Assembly (NCBI RefSeq): GCF_009914755.1
Contig: NC_060936.1
DNA from: the human T2T-CHM13v2.0 reference genome, Homo sapiens
Reading direction: 5' to 3' (one strand)
Length of the DNA stretch: 64,000 nt
Shown: in pieces, positions 1 through 11,736 of the stretch
Layout of the letters: each line of letters starts with the position of its first letter
Position numbering within the stretch: position 1 is the stretch's first letter
Program-made: the position numbers and the translations under genes
The notes under the pieces: model-generated
The model's input: the letters and a program-made list of their open reading frames with translations, nothing else
What the model was told of the DNA's origin: nothing
Databases searched by the model: none

Positions 1-3000
1 CTTGTAACGGAGTCCGGGGGAACGGGATGGCTGCCCTTGTAACGGAGTCCGGGGGAACGGGATGGGTGCCCTTGTAACAGAGTCCGGGGGAACGGGATGG
101 GTGCCCTTGTAACGGAGTCCGGGGGAACGGGATGGGTGCCCTTATAACAGAGTCCGGGGGAACGGGATGGGTGCCCTTATAACAGAGTCCGGGGGAACGG
201 GATGGCTGCCCTTGTAACAGAGTCCGGGGGAACGGGATGGGTGCCCTTGTAACGGAGTCCGGGGGAACGGGATGGGTGCCCTTGTAACGGAGTCCGGGGG
301 AACGGGATGGGTGCCCTTGTAACGGAGTCCGGGGGAACGGGATGGGTGCCCTTGTAACGGAGTCCGGGGGAACGGGATGGGTGCCCTTGTAACAGAGTCC
401 AGGGGAACGGGATGGGTGCCCTTGTAACGGAGTCCGGGGGAACGGGATGGCTGCCCTTGTAACGGAGTCCGGGGGAACGGGATGGGTGCCCTTGTAACGG
501 AGTCCGGGGGAACGGGATGGGTGCCCTTGTAACAGAGTCCGGGGGAACGGGATGGGTGCCCTTGTAACGGAGTCCGGGGGAACGGGATGGGTGCCCTTAT
601 AACAGAGTCCGGGGGAACGGGATGGGTGCCCTTGTAACGGAGTCCAGGGGAACGGGATGGGTGCCCTTGTAACGGAGTCCGGGGGAACGGGATGGGTGCC
701 CTTGTAACAGAGTCCGGGGGAACGGGATGGGTGCCCTTGTAACGGAGTCCGGGGGAACGGGATGGGTGCCCTTGTAACAGAGTCCGGGGGAACGGGATGG
801 GTGCCCTTATAACAGAGTCCGGGGGAACGGGATGGGTGCCCTTGTAACGGAGTCCAGGGGAACGGGATGGGTGCCCTTGTAACGGAGTCCGGGGGAACGG
901 GATGGGTGCCCTTGTAACGGAGTCCGGGGGAACGGGATGGGTGCCCTTGTAACAGAGTCCGGGGAAACGGGATGGGTGCCCTTGTAACGGAGTCCGGGGG
1001 AACGGGATGGGTGCCCTTATAACAGAGTCCGGGGGAACGGGATGGGTGCCCTTGTAACGGAGTCCGGGGGAACGGGATGGGTGCCCTTATAACAGAGTCC
1101 GGGGGAACGGGATGGGTGCCCTTGTAACGGAGTCCAGGGGAACGGGATGGGTGCCCTTGTAACGGAGTCCAGGGGAACGGGATGGGTGCCCTTATAACAG
1201 AGTCCGGGGGAGCGGGATGGGTGTAACAGAGTCCGGGGAAACGGGATGGGTGCCCTTGTAACAGAGTCCAGGGGAACGGGATGGGTGCCCTTGTAACGGA
1301 GTCCGGGGGAACGGGATGGCTGCCCTTGTAACAGAGTCCGGGGGAACGGGATGGGTGCCCTTATAACAGAGTCCGGGGGAACGGGATGGGTGCCCTTGTA
1401 ACGGAGTCCGGGGGAACGGGATGGGTGCCCTTATAACAGAGTCCGGGGGAACGGGATGGGTGCCCTTGTAACAGAGTCCAGGGGAACGGGATGGGTGCCC
1501 TTGTAACGGAGTCCGGGGGAACGGGATGGGTGCCCTTGTAACGGAGTCCAGGGGAACGGGATGGGTGCCCTTGTAACGGAGTCCGGGGGAACGGGATGGG
1601 TGCCCTTGTAACAGAGTCCGGGGGAACGGGATGGGTGCCCTTGTAACGGAGTCCGGGGGAACGGGATGGGTGCCCTTGTAACAGAGTCCGGGGGAACGGG
1701 ATGGGTGCCCTTATAACAGAGTCCGGGGGAACGGGATGGGTGCCCTTGTAACGGAGTCCAGGGGAACGGGATGGGTGCCCTTGTAACGGAGTCCGGGGGA
1801 ACGGGATGGGTGCCCTTGTAACGGAGTCCGGGGGAACGGGATGGGTGCCCTTGTAACAGAGTCCGGGGAAACGGGATGGGTGCCCTTGTAACGGAGTCCG
1901 GGGGAACGGGATGGGTGCCCTTATAACAGAGTCCGGGGGAACGGGATGGGTGCCCTTGTAACGGAGTCCGGGGGAACGGGATGGGTGCCCTTATAACAGA
2001 GTCCGGGGGAACGGGATGGGTGCCCTTGTAACGGAGTCCAGGGGAACGGGATGGGTGCCCTTGTAACGGAGTCCAGGGGAACGGGATGGGTGCCCTTATA
2101 ACAGAGTCCGGGGGAGCGGGATGGGTGTAACAGAGTCCGGGGAAACGGGATGGGTGCCCTTGTAACAGAGTCCAGGGGAACGGGATGGGTGCCCTTGTAA
2201 CGGAGTCCGGGGGAACGGGATGGCTGCCCTTGTAACAGAGTCCGGGGGAACGGGATGGGTGCCCTTATAACAGAGTCCGGGGGAACGGGATGGGTGCCCT
2301 TGTAACGGAGTCCGGGGGAACGGGATGGGTGCCCTTATAACAGAGTCCGGGGGAACGGGATGGGTGCCCTTGTAACGGAGTCCAGGGGAACGGGATGGGT
2401 GCCCTTGTAACGGAGTCCGGGGGAACGGGATGGGTGCCCTTGTAACAGAGTCCGGGGGAACGGGATGGGTGCCCTTGTAACGGAGTCCGGGGGAACGGGA
2501 TGGGTGCCCTTGTAACAGAGTCCGGGGGAACGGGATGGGTGCCCTTATAACAGAGTCCGGGGGAACGGGATGGGTGCCCTTGTAACGGAGTCCAGGGGAA
2601 CGGGATGGGTGCCCTTGTAACGGAGTCCGGGGGAACGGGATGGGTGCCCTTGTAACAGAGTCCGGGGGAACGGGATGGGTGCCCTTGTAACAGAGTCCGG
2701 GGAAACGGGATGGGTGCCCTTGTAACGGAGTCCGGGGGAACGGGATGGGTGCCCTTATAACAGAGTCCGGGGGAACGGGATGGGTGCCCTTGTAACGGAG
2801 TCCGGGGGAACGGGATGGGTGCCCTTATAACAGAGTCCGGGGGAACGGGATGGGTGCCCTTGTAACGGAGTCCAGGGGAACGGGATGGGTGCCCTTGTAA
2901 CGGAGTCCAGGGGAACGGGATGGGTGCCCTTATAACAGAGTCCGGGGGAGCGGGATGGGTGTAACAGAGTCCGGGGAAACGGGATGGGTGCCCTTGTAAC

Positions 3001-5320
3001 AGAGTCCAGGGGAACGGGATGGGTGCCCTTGTAACGGAGTCCGGGGGAACGGGATGGCTGCCCTTGTAACAGAGTCCGGGGGAACGGGATGGGTGCCCTT
3101 GTAACGGAGTCCGGGGGAACGGGATGGGTGCCCTTGTAACAGAGTCCGGGGGAACGGGATGGGTGCCCTTATAACAGAGTCCGGGGGAACGGGATGGGTG
3201 CCCTTGTAACGGAGTCCAGGGGAACGGGATGGGTGCCCTTGTAACGGAGTCCGGGGGAACGGGATGGGTGCCCTTGTAACGGAGTCCGGGGGAACGGGAT
3301 GGGTGCCCTTGTAACAGAGTCCGGGGAAACGGGATGGGTGCCCTTGTAACGGAGTCCGGGGGAACGGGATGGGTGCCCTTATAACAGAGTCCGGGGGAAC
3401 GGGATGGGTGCCCTTGTAACGGAGTCCGGGGGAACGGGATGGGTGCCCTTATAACAGAGTCCGGGGGAACGGGATGGGTGCCCTTGTAACGGAGTCCAGG
3501 GGAACGGGATGGGTGCCCTTGTAACGGAGTCCAGGGGAACGGGATGGGTGCCCTTATAACAGAGTCCGGGGGAGCGGGATGGGTGTAACAGAGTCCGGGG
3601 AAACGGGATGGGTGCCCTTGTAACAGAGTCCAGGGGAACGGGATGGGTGCCCTTGTAACGGAGTCCGGGGGAACGGGATGGCTGCCCTTGTAACAGAGTC
3701 CGGGGGAACGGGATGGGTGCCCTTATAACAGAGTCCGGGGGAACGGGATGGGTGCCCTTGTAACGGAGTCCGGGGGAACGGGATGGGTGCCCTTATAACA
3801 GAGTCCGGGGGAACGGGATGGGTGCCCTTGTAACGGAGTCCAGGGGAACGGGATGGGTGCCCTTGTAACGGAGTCCGGGGGAACGGGATGGGTGCCCTTG
3901 TAACAGAGTCCGGGGGAACGGGATGGGTGCCCTTGTAACGGAGTCCGGGGGAACGGGATGGGTGCCCTTGTAACAGAGTCCGGGGGAACGGGATGGGTGC
4001 CCTTATAACAGAGTCCGGGGGAACGGGATGGGTGCCCTTGTAACGGAGTCCAGGGGAACGGGATGGGTGCCCTTGTAACGGAGTCCGGGGGAACGGGATG
4101 GGTGCCCTTGTAACAGAGTCCGGGGGAACGGGATGGGTGCCCTTGTAACAGAGTCCGGGGAAACGGGATGGGTGCCCTTGTAACGGAGTCCGGGGGAACG
4201 GGATGGGTGCCCTTATAACAGAGTCCGGGGGAACGGGATGGGTGCCCTTGTAACGGAGTCCGGGGGAACGGGATGGGTGCCCTTATAACAGAGTCCGGGG
4301 GAACGGGATGGGTGCCCTTGTAACGGAGTCCAGGGGAACGGGATGGGTGCCCTTGTAACGGAGTCCAGGGGAACGGGATGGGTGCCCTTATAACAGAGTC
4401 CGGGGGAGCGGGATGGGTGTAACAGAGTCCGGGGAAACGGGATGGGTGCCCTTGTAACAGAGTCCAGGGGAACGGGATGGGTGCCCTTGTAACGGAGTCC
4501 GGGGGAACGGGATGGCTGCCCTTGTAACAGAGTCCGGGGGAACGGGATGGGTGCCCTTATAACAGAGTCCGGGGGAACGGGATGGGTGCCCTTGTAACGG
4601 AGTCCGGGGGAACGGGATGGGTGCCCTTATAACAGAGTCCGGGGGAACGGGATGGGTGCCCTTGTAACGGAGTCCAGGGGAACGGGATGGGTGCCCTTGT
4701 AACGGAGTCCAGGGGAACGGGATGGGTGCCCTTGTAACGGAGTCCAGGGGAACGGGATGGGTGCCCTTGTAACAGAGTCCGGGGGAACGGGATGGGTGCC
4801 CTTGTAACAGAGTCCGGGGAAACGGGATGGGTGCCCTTGTAACAGAGTCCTGGGAAACGGGATGGGTGCCCTTGTAACAGAGTCCGGGGAAACGGGATGG
4901 GTGCCCTTGTAACAGAGTCCGGGGAAACGGGATGGGTGCCCTTGTAACAGAGTCCGGGGAAACGGGATGGGTGCCCTTGTAACGGAGTCCGGGGAAACGG
5001 GATGGGTGCCCTTGTAACGGAGTCCGGGGAAACGGGATGGGTGCCCTTGTAACGGAGTCCGGGGGAGCGGGATGGGTGCCCTTGTAACAGAGTCCGGGGG
5101 AACGGGATGGGTGCCCTTATAACAGAGTCCGGGGGATGGGATGGCTGCCCTTGTAACGGAGTCCGGGGGAACGGGATGGGTGCCCTTGGAGTCCGGGGGA
5201 ACGGGATGGGTGCCCTTGGAGTCCGGGGGAACGGGATGGGTGCCCTAGTAACGGAGTCCGGGGGAACGGGATGGGTGCCCTTGTAACGGAGTCCGGGGGA
5301 ACGGGATGGGTGCCCTTACA
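1..5320. repeat. 35-bp G-rich minisatellite (VNTR), ~150 units, truncated by the window start
   Basis: Unit CTT(G/A)TAAC(G/A)GAGTCC(G/A)GGG(G/A)AACGGGATGGGTGCC repeats continuously. 29-bp deletion variants occur near 1211, 2115, 2949, 3573 and 4407, and 30-bp variants near 5185-5220. Confidence 0.99.
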
Positions 5321-5623
5321 AAAGAGTCCTGCGGGAGGGTGTTCATCCGTTCCACCACGTGAGGACACGGTGAGAAGGTGCCATCTCCGAACCAGAAACC
5401 AGGTTCCCAGCAGACACTGAATCTGCAGCTGCCTTGATCCTGGAATCCAGGATAGAGACTGTGGTCGAGAACCATAGACATAGACCCCTGCTGTTTATAA
5501 GCCACCCATCTATGGAATTTTATTAGGTTGGTGTAAAAGTAATTGCAGCTTTGCCATTAAACGTAATAGCAAAAACCGCAATTACTTTTGCACCAACATA
5601 CTCGGCTCAAAATGATTAAGACA
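5300..5623 (+). mobile_element. MLT1A/MLT1A0-like MaLR LTR, 3' portion, continuous with the last VNTR unit
   Basis: GTGAGGACACGGTGAGAAGGTGCCATCT...CAGACACTGAATCTGC...CCTTGATC...TGTTTATAAGCCACCC...GATTAAGACA matches the MLT1A 3' half as recalled. Confidence 0.8.
5523..5600. mobile_element. MADE1 (Hsmar1-derived MITE) inserted in the MLT1A 3' end
   Basis: TTAGGTTGGTGTAAAAGTAATTGC...GCAATTACTTTTGCACCAAC: ~80-bp palindrome made of mariner TIRs, preceded by TA. Confidence 0.92.
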
Positions 5624-5676
5624 GTGTTCTCTTTTCTTTTCACTGAATTAATTGCCAATATTTTAAAATTACAACA

Positions 5677-6247
5677 TGTGATGGTTAATATTGGATGTCA
5701 ACGTGATTGAAGGATGCCTATAATACTTTGCATAGCTGGTAAAGTATCATTTCTGGGTGTGTCTGTGAGGGTGTTGCCAGAGAAGATGAACAACTGAGTC
5801 AATGGACTGGGAGATGCAGACCCACCCTCAGTGTGGGCGGGCACCAACCAATCAGCTGCCAACGCGGCTAGAAAAAAGCAGGCAAAGAGGGTGGGATAAG
5901 CTGGGTTCCTGAATCTTCTGGCCTTCATCTTTCTCCCATGCTGGATGCTTCCTGCCCCAGACTCCAGGTTCTTCAGCCTTTGGATTCTTGGACTTACACC
6001 AGTGGTTTGCTGGGGGCTCTGGGGCCTTTGGCCACAGGCTGATTGGTGGTTGCACTGTCGGCCTCCCTGCTTTTAAGGTTTTGTGATCAGACCGAGCCAC
6101 TACTGGCTTCCTTGCTCCTCAGCTTGCAGACAGTCTATCATGGGACTTTGCCTTGGATCTTGCGAGTCAATTCTCCCTAATAAACTCCCTTTCATGTATA
6201 CATCTCCCCTGTTAGTTCTGTCCCTCTGGAGAACCCTGACTCATACA
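5677..6247 (+). mobile_element. MLT2A2/MLT2B-type solo LTR (ERVL)
   Basis: Starts TGTGATGGTTAATATT, contains CTGGGTGTGTCTGTGAGGGTGTTGCCAG, ends CTCTGGAGAACCCTGACTCATACA; imperfect 5-bp TSD CAACA/GAACA. Confidence 0.85.
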
Positions 6248-6865
6248 GAACATTTCACATAAAAATGTGCATTTATACTTTCTCATGGAAATTCTGGGGT
6301 CCTGGTCACAGGGGACTCACACTGCCCTTGGCATTGAGAAGCAGCTGCCCCTAGACAGGACACGCACACCCTAGACTAACACGGCCCCACTCTGCCTCTG
6401 TGGACATTTGAGAATGCAACTGGCTAAGAAAAACTATGCAAAACTTGGAAATAAGGCAAAACGATTACTGCATGCCCTTTCAAAATCATGCTAGAACATT
6501 CGACAAGTCCACTGAAATGTCATGGGAGACTCTAGGGAAAGAGAACTTTATTTGACATACCATTTACTATTGATCAGGGCCCAAACTCTGTCAATTTAGA
6601 TGTTAACTTGGAGTAGATTGATACATTACAAATGACTTTTGTCCAGTAGAGATGGGAATAATTTCTGTCTTACAGAAAAGAAATCCTCAAAGGGGACTGT
6701 TCTATTGCCCCAGGGCATTAAACTCGTCTGCATCAAACTTCTCAATCTCTTAAAGCATTCTTTTTCCCTGTGTATATGTATGCATAAATATATATACATA
6801 TGTGCGTATATATATAAAACTTCTCATAACCTAATTTTATCTAGCTATGTCATCTTGTTGGCTTC

Positions 6866-7244
6866 TGTATTAGTCCATTCTCACGCTGCTATAAAAACAT
6901 ATCCGAGACTGGGTAATATATATAAAGGAAAGAGGTTTAATTGACTCACAGTTCTGCAGGGCTGGGGAGGCCTCAGGAAACTTACAATCATGAAAGAAGG
7001 GGAAGCAAACGTGTCCTTTTTCACAGGGCAGCAGGAGAAAGAAGAATGAGAGCTGAGCAAAGAGGGAAGCCCCTTATAAAATCATCTGATCTCATGAGAA
7101 CTTACTCAGTATCACAAGAACAGGATTGGGGAAACTGCCTCCATGATTCAATTATAGACACCTAGTCCCGCCCATGACACATAGGGATTATGGGAACTAC
7201 AATTCAAGATGAGATTTGGGTGGGGACACAGCCAAACCATATCA
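6866..7244 (-). mobile_element. THE1 (C/D-like) MaLR solo LTR
   Basis: TGTATTAGTCCATTCTCAC...GGGGACACAGCCAAACCATATCA is the reverse complement of a THE1 LTR. Confidence 0.88.
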
Positions 7245-7407
7245 GTTTGCTTATCAACAAATGAAGCAATTATTGGAATCTCCTTCACTATGTTATGTTT
7301 TTAACCTTTTGAAACGCTTTCTGAAAATCTTTTTTATAGAATTATACTTTGAGAAATCTGTGACCATTCCAGTGGAATGAAATGAAAAATGCTCTGCCTT
7401 GCAGAGT

Positions 7408-8452
7408 TGAAACCACTTTTGCAAACATTTTAACAGTTAGAAATAGATAACTTTGAGAAAATTATAAGAAACATAGAGGATGTGATCTAACCAACCCCCA
7501 CCTTACCTTTAACCTCCAAAACTGCCCTTGGTTACTCCTGGGCTTGGACCAAGCTAACTTTGGGAGAAATTTAGTTTATAGTTGGAATGACAATAGCCCT
7601 TCCCCAAAATTAAACCTCCTCGGTAAAACCAATGAAAGCCCACCAGGTTAGGAAAATGAGAGGAGCCTGAATTCTGCTAAGATGTAGGCTTAGTTAAATG
7701 ATTACCAGGCTGGGCCCAGTGGCTCACGCCTGTAATCCCAACAATTTGGGAGGCCAAGGTGGGTGAATCACCTGAGGACAGTAGTTCGAGACCAGCCTGG
7801 CCAACATGGCGAAACCCCATCTCTACTAAAAATACAAAAATTAGCCGGTCATGGTGGTGCACTCCTGTAATCCCAGCTACTAGGGAGGCTGAGGCAGGAG
7901 AATCACTTGAAATCAAAGGTTGCAATGAGCCAAGATTGCGCCACTGCACTCCAGCCTGGGCAACAGAGAGAGACTCTGTCTCAAAGAAAAAAAAAAAAAA
8001 AAAGGATTACCAGCCATTATTCTGGAGGTCACAAGATTTGCAACTTCCCCAATTTCTGGCAGATAACATCACTACTGTAGAACCTAAGATTGGCCTTTTG
8101 AGATGTCCTTTCAGGCTTTTGCATTTCTGATGACCAGATGGCCCCACCCAGACCCAAGACTCTTGACTTAACTGCTCCTGTAGCCACACCCAACACACAA
8201 GGGTCATATACCTACAATTGCATCCACAACCAATCAGCAGCATCCCCTCCCTAGTCCTCTGCCCACCAAACTATCCTTGAAAAACCCTAGCCTCCAAATT
8301 CTCTGGGAAGCTCATCTGAGTCATGATAAAGCTGCTGTCTCCTGTTTAGCTGGCTTTACATGTGTGATACTCTTTCTCCTTTGCAATTCCCCGGTGGTGA
8401 TAAATCAGGTCTGTCTGGGAAGTGGGAAAAATAAACCTGTTGGCCAGTTACA
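7408..8452 (+). mobile_element. ERV1 solo LTR (LTR8/LTR8A-like), interrupted by an Alu
   Basis: TGAAACCACTTTTGCAAA start, AGCTAACTTTGGGAGAAATTTAGTTTATAG and GGAGGTCACAAGATTTG motifs, GGCCAGTTACA end; 4-bp TSD-like GAGT/GAAT. Confidence 0.75.
7708..8003 (+). mobile_element. Alu (AluS-like)
   Basis: Dimeric Alu with poly(A) tail; TSD GATTACCA(G) on both sides. Confidence 0.95.
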
Positions 8453-10149
8453 GAATGGTTTTGAAGGCTGGTTTAGGAAGCCACACAATACAGATGCTCT
8501 CAACTCTAAATTTCAAGCCTCAAATCAGGTGGAAACCTCAAACTTCGGGAAATTAATCCTTGCTGGGGCTGGCTGAGGATTTCCATGCTGAAAGCAGACC
8601 CAGCCTTCAGGAGCCAAGAGCGAAGGCGTTTTCCAGGGGGCTGTGTGTTTGCTGACACTCCACTGCACAGGTGTCTCTCTGCACAGAGCAAACCTGCCCT
8701 TTCAATTCACTCTGAGCCACTAGTTCAATCTTTTCCATCTGTGCTCTCTGAACTTTCCATTTCCAATAGGTTCAGACTAATTCACGGCAGCCATGGGGGT
8801 TGATCAGCTATGCCTCTCCCATCACATCCAAGGGCTGCATGTTGACATCCTTAAAAGAATTTAGAAATAAATCTAATAGAGTGCCTTTCATGCTGGAGGA
8901 CTGTTTATTTGAATTCCATTAAGAGCGGACACAAGTATAAGTAGAGAATGAGTCTGGGCTTCAAAAGCACTTAGCCAAGCCATTTACCCCCATGTTGGAT
9001 AAAACCATTCCATTGTAATAAAATAAAAACACGACTGAAAGCTGACACAGCCTAGGCTAAAAGCTTGATGTTTAAGAAGCATCAAGATGAGCTTAGTTAA
9101 AAAAAAAAAAAGCTATAGCAGCTCAGCCACAGAACAGAAACACATCACAACATGCTTTGCATGTTGATGGAACTGAACGGCCCTGGCTGGTGCAGTTCCG
9201 CCTTCCTCAGCGAGGGAGGGATTCCAGGGCAGATGTAAATGGGAACTTAAGGCCATTCATCAATTCATTCAGAGAACCGAGGCATTGAAAATTGTGGAGG
9301 AGCTTGGGCTTGGAATTGGGAACAGGCCGGTTATCAGACAAATGTGGGCTGTGTCACATTAAAGTCACTATAATTTTTAGCTTGGGCAAAAGTATAAATT
9401 ACAGACCTTGGTGTCTGTCTTAGAGCATTGTGAAGCCTTTACAGAACAGGGAGGCATGGATTTGTGGACAGTGCTAAGGAATCAGCTAGCCAGCCACCCC
9501 CACCCCCAGCCCCGATGGAAACTAATAGGTTTTCCAGATGCAAAACCATGTTCTTCCCAAGGGAATCAAAGAGTACACCTGCTCCCTGCACAGTTATGGG
9601 TGCAGAGACCAGGGTGCAAAGTGTACAGCATCTCACATTAACACGGCGAGTCTGGTATTTTTAAGTTCACTGTTGGTCAGCTCTTTTGTAAAATGAAGAA
9701 TTCTGTTTTTTCATACACCTTAATTTTTCTACCTTATAATGATGCTTTTTAAAATATCAACTTTGCTAAAGCAGGCCTTAAAATCTCCCATTCAAGCAAA
9801 ATATTAGTAAGCCTTGCTAGTATTACCCTCCGTATAAAGCTTGTGTCCTAAGGGCTGATAGAAAATAAGAATTCAAAAACATTGGGATTGGGGTAAAATC
9901 AGCTGTCCTCCCCAGAAAAGAAGCAAGATTTCTGTGTAGTCTTATATCCCCACGATATTTTAATACATGAAATGCTAGCATCAGAACATCTAGGTATTGT
10001 TTGTTTCTGTTTTTGTTTTTTTGGGGGGGGCAGGGGAGGAAATTGTAACAGGAATCTTTTCTGCCATTTTCTGGTAACTGCCCACAAGAACTAATATAGC
10101 CTCATCAGTCGGCAGAGTTTATCCCTCTAACAGCAATGATAAGTTTAGG

Positions 10150-11010
10150 GATATGGTGGGTTTTAAAATAAGTCTGAAAAACTTTTTATCACTCATCCCT
10201 TTAAAGTGTGAGCCCAATTGCGCTACCACTAGCACCAGTGAGGGCTGGACCTGCTAGTTCACTTCTAAAGAACAGCATGTAGCTGAGATGACAGAATGTG
10301 AGTTCCAAAGGTGGGGCATAAAAAGCACTGCCACTCCTATCTTACTCTCTGGGGGAAGCCAGCGCCATCTTGTGAGGAGACTCAAGCAGCCCCGCAGAGT
10401 GGTCCAGGTGGAGAGAAGTAAAACCAAAGCATCAGCCATTTGAGCAAACCACTTTAGAACTGGATTCTCCAGCCCCTGTCAGGCCTTGAGATGATTCCAG
10501 ATGTCAGCCTTGGAATCTCTCAGCAGAGGCCCCAGACATCATGAAGCAAAGACAAACCAGCCCCACAGGGCTGCGTCTGAATTTCTCTCCTATAGAAACA
10601 GCAAAATCATATGTAACTATCCTGCTTTAAGTCACTATCAGAGTTTTGGGGTAGTCTGTTTTATAGCAATTGATTAATACACATGCCCACAGGCAGACCC
10701 ATAAGACTCAAGGAGTGGCTGTTTATTTTGACCACTGAAAAAGATAAGGTGTTTTTCCTGCTGAACCTGAAGTTTGGAGGATGTAATTGGAGACCTGCTG
10801 GAAGCCACCACATAAGGAGACTGCCTGAGAAGGAAGCCACTCCCGAGGACAGCAGAGACAAGAGATGGGGACAGACTAGTGGCACTGATGTTGGGTCCCT
10901 GGATCAAGCTACGCCTGAAGGTTATTCTGACATTCTTACTTGTTTGGGCCAATAAATCCCCTTGCCACCTGCATTGTTACCTGAAGTAAGTTTGGGTTGG
11001 ATGTCTGTCA
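10150..11010 (+). mobile_element. Old MaLR LTR fragments (MLT1F/G-like, then MLT1J/K-like)
   Basis: GGGGGAAGCCAGCGCCATCTTGTGAG and TTTTGGGGTAGTCTGTTTTATAGCAAT...AATACA end; a second LTR-like end GTTTGGGTTGGATGTCTGTCA. Confidence 0.55.
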
Positions 11011-11120
11011 TTAGGTACTCAATGCCCCCTGACACTGTACATTCAGCATGCTCTGCACTGTCTCTCACATAGTACTCTAGATAGTCCGTGTCCTCTGAGT
11101 GCAATGGCTAGGTCTTAAAG

Positions 11121-11736
11121 TGGCCACAACCAATTAGACAAGGTTCAGTCGTGCAAGATGGGTCCACAGAAGTGAGCTCCATCCAAACTCTATGTGAGCT
11201 CATCATGAAGCCTGTAATCACAGAACTTATGCTCATCATGGAGCCTCCAATGTCAGAACTTATTTTCCAGTGGAAAAAGTTGGAAATCCAGATAATAAGC
11301 AGACACACAAATAAATGCCCAGGATGAGCTGAGGTGGAGGTAAGTGCCGTAAAAGTGATGCACTGGAAACCCCTGTGAGCAGGCTGGGTGGAGGCGACCT
11401 CTCTCATTGGTGACAGTCTGCTGGCACTGGAGTGCTGAGGGGTAGCTCTGCAATGGTGCAGAAGCCTGCAGGACAGAGTTCCAGGCAGAGGGAACTGCAG
11501 AGAAGGAAATGAACTTGGAGGCAGGGGTTCCATGAACAGAATAATGTCCGGTGTGGCTGGAGCATAGAGAGCAGAAGGGAGAATACCAGGAGAATATGAG
11601 TAAACACAATCCTACTACTATGGTCACAACCAATTACACAAAGGCTTGGTTGTGCAAGATGGGTCCACAGCAGTGAGTTCCCTCCAAACTCCGTGTGAGC
11701 TCATCACGGAGCCTGCAATCATACAACTTCTGCTCA
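11121..11736. repeat. Dispersed direct duplication of ~115 bp (11121-11235 and 11621-11736) amid L2 fragments
   Basis: TGG(C/T)CACAACCAATTA...GTGCAAGATGGGTCCACAG.AGTGAG.TCC.TCCAAACTC..TGTGAGCTCATCA...GCTCA occurs twice, 500 bp apart. Confidence 0.9.

Noticed and set aside
1-5320. CRISPR-like array or coding repeat
   Set aside because: Units are contiguous with no unique spacers, the context is primate, and the ORFs at 5117-5505 are repeat or LTR translations.
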